Virus record (IMG/VR): IMGVR_UViG_3300027983_002389
Length of the DNA: 64,000 nt
Reading direction: 5' to 3' (one strand)
Origin: a virus
Taxonomy: Duplodnaviria; Caudoviricetes
This document shows positions 46,870 to 55,030 of the stretch, piece by piece. Each line of letters begins with the position of its first letter. Positions within the stretch are counted from its first letter, which is position 1. Under the pieces are notes generated by a model that worked only from the letters and a program-made list of their open reading frames with translations, was not told the DNA's origin and searched no databases. Position numbers and translations under genes: made by a program.

Positions 46870-47199
46870 ATGTCTACTGATCGTGATCGCTCTGTCCCGG
46901 AAGGCGGTATTAAGGTCGGTCAAGGTGCCGTTTTTGGCATCGGCAGTGATCGTTACCCATATACCGTGGTTGAAATTTCCAGTCCAACTCGTGTTGTGGT
47001 TCAGGCCGATAATTATCGGCGCACGGACCAGAATGGGATTTCGGAGGCTCAGACATACGAATACACCCCCAATTCTTCAGCCTGTCGTATTGTCGTGACT
47101 CGTCGTAAAGACGGGGCGTGGCGAAAGAAAGGCGACACCAAGGGCGGTGGAAGATTCTCATTCCACGGACGCCATGCTTATCAAGACCCCAGCTTCTAG
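46870..47199 (+). CDS. Hypothetical phage protein
   Basis: VGQGA...SDRYPYTVV...YQDPSF. Confidence 0.75.
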   Translation: MSTDRDRSVPEGGIKVGQGAVFGIGSDRYPYTVVEISSPTRVVVQADNYRRTDQNGISEAQTYEYTPNSSACRIVVTRRKDGAWRKKGDTKGGGRFSFHGRHAYQDPSF

Positions 47200-47224
47200 C
47201 GAATATTTTGGGAAACAAGAGAGG

Positions 47225-47257
47225 TAGGTCGAACCAAATTCGACTGTGCCTCTCTTG
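47225..47257 (+). promoter_or_regulatory. Class II element
   Basis: TAGGTCGAACCAAA-N11-CTCTCTTG. Confidence 0.8.
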
Positions 47258-47294
47258 TCTTTTGTAAACACAATACGCCAAAGAAAGCAATATC

Positions 47295-47750
47295 ATGTCG
47301 AATGTCACGAAGCAATTCGTCCTTGCGGGTCGCTCAATCTTCACTATTGAAATTGCTGAAGACTATCGGGCCAAGCACGATCTCAAACCTCATTACACGT
47401 TCCGAGTGGACCATAAGGCCCCTGAAGGCAAATGGAAGGAAACGTGGTTTGTTAAATACCTTACCGGGTCTGACAATACTCGTGACTATTCTTACGTTGG
47501 CACTCTTAATGCCGAGAATGGGCAGGTCCGCACCACCGCTAAGAGCAATCTGAATGACAATAGTATTGTCTTCAAGCTACTCACTCATACTCTTGCCCTA
47601 ATTTGGGGCAATGATGTGACGCCGATGACCGACAAGGGATTCGGACTTCACCATGAAGGTCGCTGTGGCAAGTGTGGTAAATTGCTTACCACTCCATCAT
47701 CAATTGCTATCGGCGTCGGACCAGAATGCTTAATTAGGCTCAACAGGTGA
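47295..47750 (+). CDS. DUF6011-like zinc-finger protein
   Basis: LTGSDN..DY.Y.G; HEGRCGKCGKLLTTPSSIAIGVGPEC. Confidence 0.8.
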   Translation: MSNVTKQFVLAGRSIFTIEIAEDYRAKHDLKPHYTFRVDHKAPEGKWKETWFVKYLTGSDNTRDYSYVGTLNAENGQVRTTAKSNLNDNSIVFKLLTHTLALIWGNDVTPMTDKGFGLHHEGRCGKCGKLLTTPSSIAIGVGPECLIRLNR

Positions 47751-47779
47751 GACCAATTCCTAATTTTGAACATTAGGAA

Positions 47780-47929
47780 TTGGTCCATGTTGCATATCAT
47801 TGTCACAAGACAAATAAACTGCGTAGTCTTCTTTGTTCAGCTTGCAACTTAGGATTGGGAAAATTTCAAGACGATCCAAATTTGTTGAAAGTTGCTCTTG
47901 CTTATCTGGAAAAACATAAAACTGACTGA
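47780..47929 (+). pseudogene. Relic of an endonuclease VII-family homing endonuclease
   Basis: HCHKTNKLRSLLCSACNLGLGKFQDDPNLLKVALAYL; N-terminal half and catalytic Asp absent. Confidence 0.7.
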
Positions 47930-48039
47930 AAAAGAAAAATGAGCAATTTGTATTTTGACACCTATACGAATTGGAATTCGGAAAAGGCAAACGAGGCTGT
48001 TCGGGATGAATATTTACGTCTTTCACGGGGATCGGAACA

Positions 48040-48555
48040 ATGACCGAAGATGATTATTACAACTTCAACAGTCCTTATTTTAGGTCTTTCAAGCCTGCTG
48101 TGATTCGCAACGAAGACTCAATACTTGACACCTGGAATTCGGAAAAGGCAAACAAGGAACGAGATATATTCGGCGAAAAAGAAAAAGGGTTATTCTACAA
48201 CTACTCCGACCGTCTTGAACAATGGGACTATGAAAAGACTCGGAGAGCCAACGAATATGCTCGGTTGGTTGCAGAGCCAAAAACCGCCAGATACTTTACA
48301 GCCATGTTGTCGTATTTCCACAATGGCAGCAAAGTCATTCTTCGACATATCATTGCTGGTTGTAATCGGTCCAACGGTTTTCCATATTTGGTTTATGGTT
48401 ACAAATATGAAGAAGATGCTGTTGAAGACCTCAAGAGACTGGCTGAATACGATGAACTGATTAAGGTTCGTTCTCAAGTGGTCGAACAAGCTGTCGAAGA
48501 TTTTGCCGCTAAATTTGACGAGACAATATCAGCGGTTTTGGAAAATATCAATTAG
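48040..48555 (+). CDS. Hypothetical phage protein
   Basis: YSDRLEQWD...CNRSNGFPY. Confidence 0.7.
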   Translation: MTEDDYYNFNSPYFRSFKPAVIRNEDSILDTWNSEKANKERDIFGEKEKGLFYNYSDRLEQWDYEKTRRANEYARLVAEPKTARYFTAMLSYFHNGSKVILRHIIAGCNRSNGFPYLVYGYKYEEDAVEDLKRLAEYDELIKVRSQVVEQAVEDFAAKFDETISAVLENIN

Positions 48556-48586
48556 GTCGAACCAAATTCACATTCTGCTCTCTTGG
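48553..48586 (+). promoter_or_regulatory. Class II element
   Basis: TAGGTCGAACCAAA-N11-CTCTCTTGG; its TAG is the upstream stop codon. Confidence 0.8.
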
Positions 48587-48628
48587 TTTTTGTAACGAAC
48601 AAACACAACACCCTTTTGGAGAATGGTC

Positions 48629-49747
48629 ATGTCGCAGCGAGTTGTTAATTATACGGCTGGTGAAAAGGTTGAAGAATTGGTTGCTCTTGGCGACATTACT
48701 GTCAGCCACAATCCTCGTGCTTCGCTTCGAGGCGTCCTCGATCTTTTCCATAGTGACGGCAGTTCGAGCCAATCACCGGAAACCCGGCAGGCATTCGTAT
48801 CGTATATGCTGGAGGAACACCCGGAGATTGATGGGCTTCGCAAGTCCATCGAACAGCACGGTTTGCTTCAGTCGCCAGTGGTGCGAGCCTTTCGTGCCAA
48901 GCAGGGCGATGAATATGTCCAGCGATATGGTATTGTGCTGGGCGAAGGTCGTATTTTGGCTCATGCTCTGATCGAAGCCACGACCGGCGTTGCTCAGAAA
49001 ATTCGTGTTCGCATCGAATCTCGGTTGGGTGTGGACGCTGCTTTTGAGCAGGGTTTGGCTGAAAACCTTGACCGAAACGACATGAACCCTGTCGATCTGG
49101 CGACGGCATTCCATGAGATGTTGACGATTCGTATCAATCCGGCTACAAAGTCCCCTGAAGTCAATGGGGAAGCCAACCCGCTGTATTCTTCCGACAGTCC
49201 GAAGGGTCGTCCGTATACGCTTCGAGAATTGGCCGAACGTGTCAATAAGACATATTGGTGGGTTCGAGATCACGAAGCGATTTCGTACCTTCCCGATAAC
49301 TTGCAGTCGCAGTGTATCAAGTCCTGGCAGTCGGGTAAGCGAAATGTTACTCGGTTCTGCAAGCTGGGTCTTCGATACAAGGCTCAAGTGACTGGACAAC
49401 CGGAAGAAACCGGGCTTGACAGCCAGACTGAAACAACCGATACTGTCGCAAATGATGGAACTTCGACGGAACTTGTCGGAACTTCGACGGAAACTGCCCA
49501 AGTTACGCAGCTTAACGTGGAAGCACCAATTTCCCTTGAACCTGCACAGCGACGGCGTGTCCTCAGTCTGAAGTCGGTGGTGGGATTGTTCGATGGAACG
49601 GCACTGGAAAACAGGGAGCGGCTGCTGACGCTGGCTGAAGTCATGGGAATCACTCTTGAAGAGGCTTTGACTGAACGAGATTTACGTCTTGCTCACCAAG
49701 CCGACACCCAGGCTCGCAAGCAACAGAAGAAAGTTGTAACTGTTTGA
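48629..49747 (+). CDS. ParB/RepB/Spo0J-like protein
   Basis: HNPR, LRKSIEQHGLLQSPVV, GEGRILA, AENLDRNDMNPVD.A, HTH TLRELAERVNKT. Confidence 0.8.
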   Translation: MSQRVVNYTAGEKVEELVALGDITVSHNPRASLRGVLDLFHSDGSSSQSPETRQAFVSYMLEEHPEIDGLRKSIEQHGLLQSPVVRAFRAKQGDEYVQRYGIVLGEGRILAHALIEATTGVAQKIRVRIESRLGVDAAFEQGLAENLDRNDMNPVDLATAFHEMLTIRINPATKSPEVNGEANPLYSSDSPKGRPYTLRELAERVNKTYWWVRDHEAISYLPDNLQSQCIKSWQSGKRNVTRFCKLGLRYKAQVTGQPEETGLDSQTETTDTVANDGTSTELVGTSTETAQVTQLNVEAPISLEPAQRRRVLSLKSVVGLFDGTALENRERLLTLAEVMGITLEEALTERDLRLAHQADTQARKQQKKVVTV

Positions 49748-49761
49748 AATAAATCAAGGTT

Positions 49762-49794
49762 TGGTCGAACCAAAAGCCGACCAAACTCTCTTGG
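49762..49794 (+). promoter_or_regulatory. Class II element
   Basis: GGTCGAACCAAA-N11-CTCTCTTGG. Confidence 0.8.
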
Positions 49795-49853
49795 TTTTTG
49801 TAGGAACGAACTTAATCAGGATGAACCCCAACACAACGTCGAAGGAGAAGATC

Positions 49854-50876
49854 GTGGACTTTCAAGAAATTCCTTACTTCAAACTGTCAGGCAACCAGAA
49901 ACAAAAAACCCTCGAAATTCTCGGTCGTGGCAATGTCCTCTTGAAGAAGTGGGCTGCGTTCTTCCCGCCCAAGAAGTACCGACAGTTCCGCAACTCCGTG
50001 ATGGATGGCAGCACGAATCCTCAGCACGAAGGCAAGACTGGAATTCCTTCCGACAAGTTGAAGGAATTCCACGCTGACCTACCTTTCATGACGGCAATTC
50101 GTCATGGCAAATATGACGATCTCGATGGTCGCTCGGTTGAGCAGACGGTACTTGAAGGCTTCAGCGCTCTTGCCAAGGGACATGCTCGCAAGTGGTCGTT
50201 GGAAGGTGATCCGGTTGGATTGACCAAGCAGGACTTCTTACAGGAAGCCTACATGCAGGTCATCGAAGCCATGTATTCATGGTTGCCAGAATTCAATGTC
50301 GAAATCTCGACATACATCTGGTGGGCATTGAAGAACCGGATGAGCAATGTCGTCAACCAACAGGGTCAGATGCTTTGTCCACTCACCAACTCCGATCTGG
50401 AACTGATGACTCGGTTTGAGCAGAAGAAGCGTGGAATGCCACAATACTTCACGTTCGATCAGATCATTGCTGAGTTGGGACTCTCTAATGAGGAAGGCAA
50501 GCATTTGAACACACTGTTGACTCGTGTGTTCGCTGAGAATCAGTTGGGCGGTCAACAGGATGGACACGACGATATGAGTGCTTCCGGCAATGACTACACC
50601 GGGCATCGTGTTGGCGTGGATCGGGAGTCGGAAACCGAAACTGTGTTGCAAGAGCAGCATGTCATTGACACCTTGAACCGGGCTGGTTTGAACACGTTGG
50701 AGCGACAAGTGATTGAAGCGGCAATGGAGCCGTACCACGGATGGCAGACGGAATTTGCCAAGACCCATACCAACCCAGCAACGGGCAAGCCATATTCTCG
50801 CATGAGAATCACACAGGTTCTCGAAATGGCACGAGAAAAGGTTGCCAAGACTTTGGAGCTACAAAAAGCGGCCTAA
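49854..50876 (+). CDS. Divergent sigma-70-family factor
   Basis: DFLQEAYMQVIEAM...ISTYIWWALKNRM (region 2); LNTLERQVI...SRMRITQVLEMAREKV (region 4); AAGGAG RBS. Confidence 0.75.
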   Translation: MDFQEIPYFKLSGNQKQKTLEILGRGNVLLKKWAAFFPPKKYRQFRNSVMDGSTNPQHEGKTGIPSDKLKEFHADLPFMTAIRHGKYDDLDGRSVEQTVLEGFSALAKGHARKWSLEGDPVGLTKQDFLQEAYMQVIEAMYSWLPEFNVEISTYIWWALKNRMSNVVNQQGQMLCPLTNSDLELMTRFEQKKRGMPQYFTFDQIIAELGLSNEEGKHLNTLLTRVFAENQLGGQQDGHDDMSASGNDYTGHRVGVDRESETETVLQEQHVIDTLNRAGLNTLERQVIEAAMEPYHGWQTEFAKTHTNPATGKPYSRMRITQVLEMAREKVAKTLELQKAA

Positions 50877-50893
50877 GCAATGACGGTCAACAG

Positions 50894-50924
50894 AAAAGCC
50901 GGGGTTTTATCCCCGGCTTTTTTT
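50894..50924 (+). terminator. Rho-independent terminator
   Basis: AAAAGCCGGGG/CCCCGGCTTTTTTT. Confidence 0.85.
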
Positions 50925-50957
50925 AGGTCGAACCAAAAGAGTATTTGACTCTCTAGG
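50924..50957 (+). promoter_or_regulatory. Class II element
   Basis: TAGGTCGAACCAAA-N11-CTCTCTAGG; ATG at 50966. Confidence 0.8.
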
Positions 50958-50965
50958 ATTTTACT

Positions 50966-51643
50966 ATGAACTACAAAATCATCACCGATGAACAAAAGCT
51001 GGATGAATTCATCAGCTTTCTGCCAGACATTGAAGACACGGAGGTTTATTATCTCTGTTTGTTCGGTCGGCACAAATATGCTGCCGAGTTTCCCAACACC
51101 AAGGACAGTGGGCAATTGGCTCGTATTGCTTCTCGTAAGGGCGACCTCAAAGAGAAGATTCGTCGGCTAGAAACCCCTGTGGGTTCTTACTCACGAGACG
51201 GTGCAGTGGCTCCCCAAGAGGCATTGGCTGTTTATATTGGGTTGAATCCTCGGTCATTGGCGAAGGCGAATAAGAAGCTGCTCATTGAGTTGGCGACTCG
51301 TATTTCCGAAGGCGATCTGAATTTCAATCCGATTTCAGCCGCCACCACCGAGATTCATCGAGCAACTTCTCGTAAGTTCTTTGTGGACTTCGACTACGAT
51401 CACGTTGATCCTGTTGAGCAACTTCCCAAAATCAAGGAAATTCTGCCTGATGGTGCCTATAAGGTGCTGAAGACACGGGGCGGTTTTCATTTGATTGTCG
51501 AATTGGCCAAGATGAATACGCCAAAACGCAAGGATTGGCACAAACAATTGGCTTCTTTACCAAATTGTGATGTTCGTGGGACCAATAATCTGACGCCGGT
51601 TCCTGGTTGTACTCAGGGAGGTTTTACACCCTATTTTCTATAG
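50966..51643 (+). CDS. Hypothetical protein with AEP/prim-pol-like motifs
   Basis: VDFDYD and KTRGGFHLIV. Confidence 0.6.
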   Translation: MNYKIITDEQKLDEFISFLPDIEDTEVYYLCLFGRHKYAAEFPNTKDSGQLARIASRKGDLKEKIRRLETPVGSYSRDGAVAPQEALAVYIGLNPRSLAKANKKLLIELATRISEGDLNFNPISAATTEIHRATSRKFFVDFDYDHVDPVEQLPKIKEILPDGAYKVLKTRGGFHLIVELAKMNTPKRKDWHKQLASLPNCDVRGTNNLTPVPGCTQGGFTPYFL

Positions 51644-51683
51644 GGTCGAACCAAAAGGGAACTTCACTCTCTTGGCATATATA
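51641..51683 (+). promoter_or_regulatory. Class II element followed by a late-like CATATATA box
   Basis: GGTCGAACCAAA-N11-CTCTCTTGG then CATATATA. Confidence 0.75.
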
Positions 51684-51688
51684 CCAGC

Positions 51689-52327
51689 ATGATGACATTC
51701 AAGGAATTTTTAATGGCCGACACTGTGAACCTTCGGGAAGTTTCCCTGTTTGACTCGACTTTTCTGTTCAATGAAATGGCTGTTCTGAATCAGAACTCCA
51801 TCACCAAGACTCAGACAGCGATGCAATTCATTCACAACAACAATATTCCCGGTGTCATCATTGGTGGTATTGCAGTGTCCAATTACACCCACGACAGGCC
51901 GCTCACCCCGGACGTGGATTTTTTGACTCCCAATATCGCCGGGTTGAAAACCCTGCTGCAACAGCAGAATATCGCTTTCCAGCCATTGGCTTCCAGTGGT
52001 GAGTTTGGTGGTATTTACGTTCCATCGCTTGATGCTGACTTTTTGGACGTGTCCGAGGGCAATGTCGGACTGAACCGATATATCATCCAGACTGCTACAA
52101 CTGCCAAGATCGGGGGCGTGTCCTTTCCAATTATTGACGCAGCGGTATTGACGATCATGAAGTTCATTATCGGTCGTGATAAAGATCAAACTGATGCCTT
52201 CAAATTGCTTCCGACCATCCCCAAGGCCACGCTCAAGCTCCACTTGAAAGCGTTGGGTCGATACCTGCCAGAAGACATGGATGCACAAACGATCTGGAGC
52301 TACGCCAAGGCAATGTCTCCGGGCTAA
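51689..52327 (+). CDS. Pol-beta-superfamily nucleotidyltransferase with MTFKEFL leader
   Basis: IIGGIAV...TPDVDF, DADF, MK...RDKDQTD. Confidence 0.75.
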   Translation: MMTFKEFLMADTVNLREVSLFDSTFLFNEMAVLNQNSITKTQTAMQFIHNNNIPGVIIGGIAVSNYTHDRPLTPDVDFLTPNIAGLKTLLQQQNIAFQPLASSGEFGGIYVPSLDADFLDVSEGNVGLNRYIIQTATTAKIGGVSFPIIDAAVLTIMKFIIGRDKDQTDAFKLLPTIPKATLKLHLKALGRYLPEDMDAQTIWSYAKAMSPG

Positions 52328-52328
52328 T

Positions 52329-52357
52329 TTTACAGTTCTCTTATATTGTGGTAGAAT
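52329..52357 (+). promoter_or_regulatory. Sigma-70-type promoter
   Basis: TTTACA-N17-TAGAAT. Confidence 0.8.
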
Positions 52358-52430
52358 CCGGTATGTCGCACGTTTGTGGTGTGTTGTGACACCTTCAACA
52401 TCACAACCGGCAAAGTTGTCGGTGCTTAAT

Positions 52431-52705
52431 TTGTGTTCACTGTTCACCGCCTGTCCTCGACGAAAGAAACTGAAATGCGTGGCTACGGATTACCTCGGAG
52501 ACTTAATATTGAATGTCCTAGCGTTTGGGACATCAAGAACTTTGGTTTGAACACTTCTGCCGGTGGAGACCTGTTCAAAAATAAGAATTCAAAAGCAGCA
52601 AGCCGACGCATATGGAAGAGGCTTGCTCGACGTGCTGGCAAAGCTGCTTGCAACTGCGACTAGACTTTGTGTTCACTGTTCACTGTTCACCACTTGTCCT
52701 CAACG
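52431..52705 (+). repeat. Imperfect direct repeats (TGTTCAC x2 and x3) flanking a small ORF
   Basis: Copies at 52431-52462 and 52667-52705. Confidence 0.8.
52475..52663 (+). CDS. Small basic hypothetical protein
   Basis: MRGYGLPR...RRIWKRLARRAGK. Confidence 0.6.
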   Translation: MRGYGLPRRLNIECPSVWDIKNFGLNTSAGGDLFKNKNSKAASRRIWKRLARRAGKAACNCD

Positions 52706-52743
52706 TGTCAACCCAATCTTTCACTCTCTTTTGAAAAAGACAA

Positions 52744-53337
52744 ATGCAGTCTATTCACATTAGCGACTTCGTGCGCCGTCAAACCCCCCAAAGCGGGTTC
52801 TCTCACTGGACTCTCAGTGATGAAGAGTTGCTGGCTCGCATTCAGAAGAATTTGGATAAAGCCAAGCCCGGTTATCGTGAAGGCGTCATCCTCGTCCCGG
52901 TTGAGCCTGATGGCTTCTTCAGCAGCACCGTATTGCTCCGTGAAGGCGACGTATTCGTTGGCGAGTATGTCGCTCGCAAGGCTGGCGAAGAACCTCGCAA
53001 GTCCACCTACGTTGTTTCTAACAAGCTAGGTGAGCCGGTGGAGAAGATCGAGGCTGTGAGTGTCGATATTGTCTTGTATGCTCACAACGTATTGGCTGAG
53101 AACGACGAGAACGACACTGACGCCGAATATGAAATCATCAGCGTCAACGCCAATGCTTCTGAGGAAGAGGCTCCGATTCCAACTGGCGCTCTAATTGCCA
53201 ATCATCTGCAATTGAGTGGCGGGACTGCCACGCACCTAAACAATGATGAGTTTGTAGAGCTTTTAAGAAAGAGTGTTTCTTATTGGAAAGACAAATCATT
53301 AGTCTGTCCTGAACATTTGCGCAACTTGCGCAACTAA
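52744..53337 (+). CDS. DUF3228-like protein
   Basis: FVRRQ, PGYR, Y.AR...EEP, DIVLY...L.E, IISVN, E.P...N.L...GGT. Confidence 0.7.
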   Translation: MQSIHISDFVRRQTPQSGFSHWTLSDEELLARIQKNLDKAKPGYREGVILVPVEPDGFFSSTVLLREGDVFVGEYVARKAGEEPRKSTYVVSNKLGEPVEKIEAVSVDIVLYAHNVLAENDENDTDAEYEIISVNANASEEEAPIPTGALIANHLQLSGGTATHLNNDEFVELLRKSVSYWKDKSLVCPEHLRNLRN

Positions 53338-53371
53338 CTGGGATGGCAACTTCTTGAGGAAAAGGGTTACG

Positions 53372-53578
53372 ATGCAATCTGACGACAGAATCAAGCGAAT
53401 CAATGGTTTCATGAAAGAATCCGTTGATCGTTCATATCAAAAAATTGAAAATCTGGGAACCCCGATTCGTGATGAACGTGGACGCCTTCTTCCTCAGCCG
53501 CAGAGTGACCGAGAGAAAGTAATTTTTCTTTCGGGTCAAATCAGCATGGCTTTGTTTGTTCAAGGAGCAACGTCGTGA
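53372..53578 (+). CDS. Hypothetical protein
   Basis: Short coupled ORF. Confidence 0.5.
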   Translation: MQSDDRIKRINGFMKESVDRSYQKIENLGTPIRDERGRLLPQPQSDREKVIFLSGQISMALFVQGATS

Positions 53579-54114
53579 ACTTCAAACTGCGAGCGGCGTG
53601 TAAAATAGCTTATGAATCATTGTCTAATCCCGACGTAGCCAAGCGGGATTACGATGCAGCACAAGCGGTCTTGTCTCAGCACGCAGCAGACATTTGGCGT
53701 TACATCTGTAAACAGTCAAAGCGAACACTTGGATGGGATTTGGCATCGGTTATTGGGCCAGAAGTGGTCAAGATACAAGGTGACTACAGCGAATTTGTCA
53801 CTGAGATTGGAGAATTCGAGACACGGGATAATCCTCACTACAAATATACTGAGGGATTTCCAACAGAGTTGTTGTTATCTGATGATTGGCAGTCCATTGT
53901 TGACAAGCATATTGTCGATGCTGTAGAAAATTACGCTGTGGAGAATCGAGAGAAGATAGAAGAAAAAAACAAAATCAAAAAGGCAAGCAAAGTCAGGCAG
54001 AAAGTAACCCGTCAGCGAACCGAAGAATTGCAAAGGTCGGTCTTGGAAAAGACCAAAGATGTTCTCACTGAAGAAGAGTACGAATTTCTTGTGAAAAACC
54101 TGTTTTCAAGGTAG
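53575..54114 (+). CDS. Hypothetical protein
   Basis: AAGGAG RBS, GTG start. Confidence 0.7.
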   Translation: MNFKLRAACKIAYESLSNPDVAKRDYDAAQAVLSQHAADIWRYICKQSKRTLGWDLASVIGPEVVKIQGDYSEFVTEIGEFETRDNPHYKYTEGFPTELLLSDDWQSIVDKHIVDAVENYAVENREKIEEKNKIKKASKVRQKVTRQRTEELQRSVLEKTKDVLTEEEYEFLVKNLFSR

Positions 54115-54118
54115 AACA

Positions 54119-54466
54119 ATGATTAAGCCAATCACTCCACGAGAGGTCATCGGCAAAAAGACAGAATTGATCCCTGATGCAGTTCTGCTGGCATTCAATG
54201 AAACAATTGCTCGCACCTATCACAACGGAGTTGCGACCTTTACTCAGGACGAAATTATTCTTCTGATTATCCAAAAGTTTGAGCAAGAAGTCAATAAGGG
54301 ATTGGGTGCTGAAGACTGGATTAAACAGTCTCGACAACAGGTTTTTGATAATCATTGGTTGGACGTTGAAGGCATTTATCGCAAAGCAGGCTGGATTGTC
54401 GAATATGACAAACCGGCATACAACGAGTCATATCCAGCCACTTTTACTTTTCGGGGCAAGCTATGA
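54119..54466 (+). CDS. Hypothetical phage protein
   Basis: WLDVE..YR..GW.VEYDKPAYNESY. Confidence 0.75.
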   Translation: MIKPITPREVIGKKTELIPDAVLLAFNETIARTYHNGVATFTQDEIILLIIQKFEQEVNKGLGAEDWIKQSRQQVFDNHWLDVEGIYRKAGWIVEYDKPAYNESYPATFTFRGKL

Positions 54467-54981
54467 CTGATTTCAGAACCATCCCAACTCGCATTATTGT
54501 CAATGGCGAAGAGAAAACCATTGACGCTGCTCCAAGGTTCACCTGCATTGTGCATCAGCAGGGCATTAGGGTCAATCTTCCTGATTTCGTGGAGATCAAT
54601 AGTCGCAACACTATTGACTGCATGGAGAAGATGAGCCAACGAGCCTGGGTGCATATTAGCGAAGGGAAATTGTTCCAGATTCTTTTCCGGGAATTCTTCC
54701 CTGAAGAAGATGGCAACGTGCCGATCCCAGGAACTATTGAACAACTAAATGCAGGAGACTTGGGAGTTGTTCATGCTGCTGGGATGATTGTGCTGGCTTG
54801 TGAGGCGATATTTGAAGGCAAGACTAGAATCTTCTTTCGTAACCCGGAAAATAACCTTCATCCAAAGGCTGAACGTCGCATTCACGGCATGTTCATGAAA
54901 ATGAGAGACTTGTTGGCTCCTGATGAAGAAGGTGGAGTGGCAACCGCCGTCGCACCAGAGCCAGAGCCTACAGAGGAATAG
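54463..54981 (+). CDS. Hypothetical protein; may extend to 55026 by amber read-through
   Basis: FFRNPENNLHP; ends PEPTEE*KPKQPRKPRKKKDT*. Confidence 0.7.
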   Translation: MTDFRTIPTRIIVNGEEKTIDAAPRFTCIVHQQGIRVNLPDFVEINSRNTIDCMEKMSQRAWVHISEGKLFQILFREFFPEEDGNVPIPGTIEQLNAGDLGVVHAAGMIVLACEAIFEGKTRIFFRNPENNLHPKAERRIHGMFMKMRDLLAPDEEGGVATAVAPEPEPTEE

Positions 54982-55030
54982 AAGCCTAAGCAGCCTCGCA
55001 AGCCTCGTAAAAAGAAGGATACATAGTGTT

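Noticed and set aside
17867-51675. Class II element as an integron attC site
   Set aside because: No RYYYAAC/GTTRRRY ends, no palindromic fold and no integrase; fixed bipartite spacing fits a promoter better.
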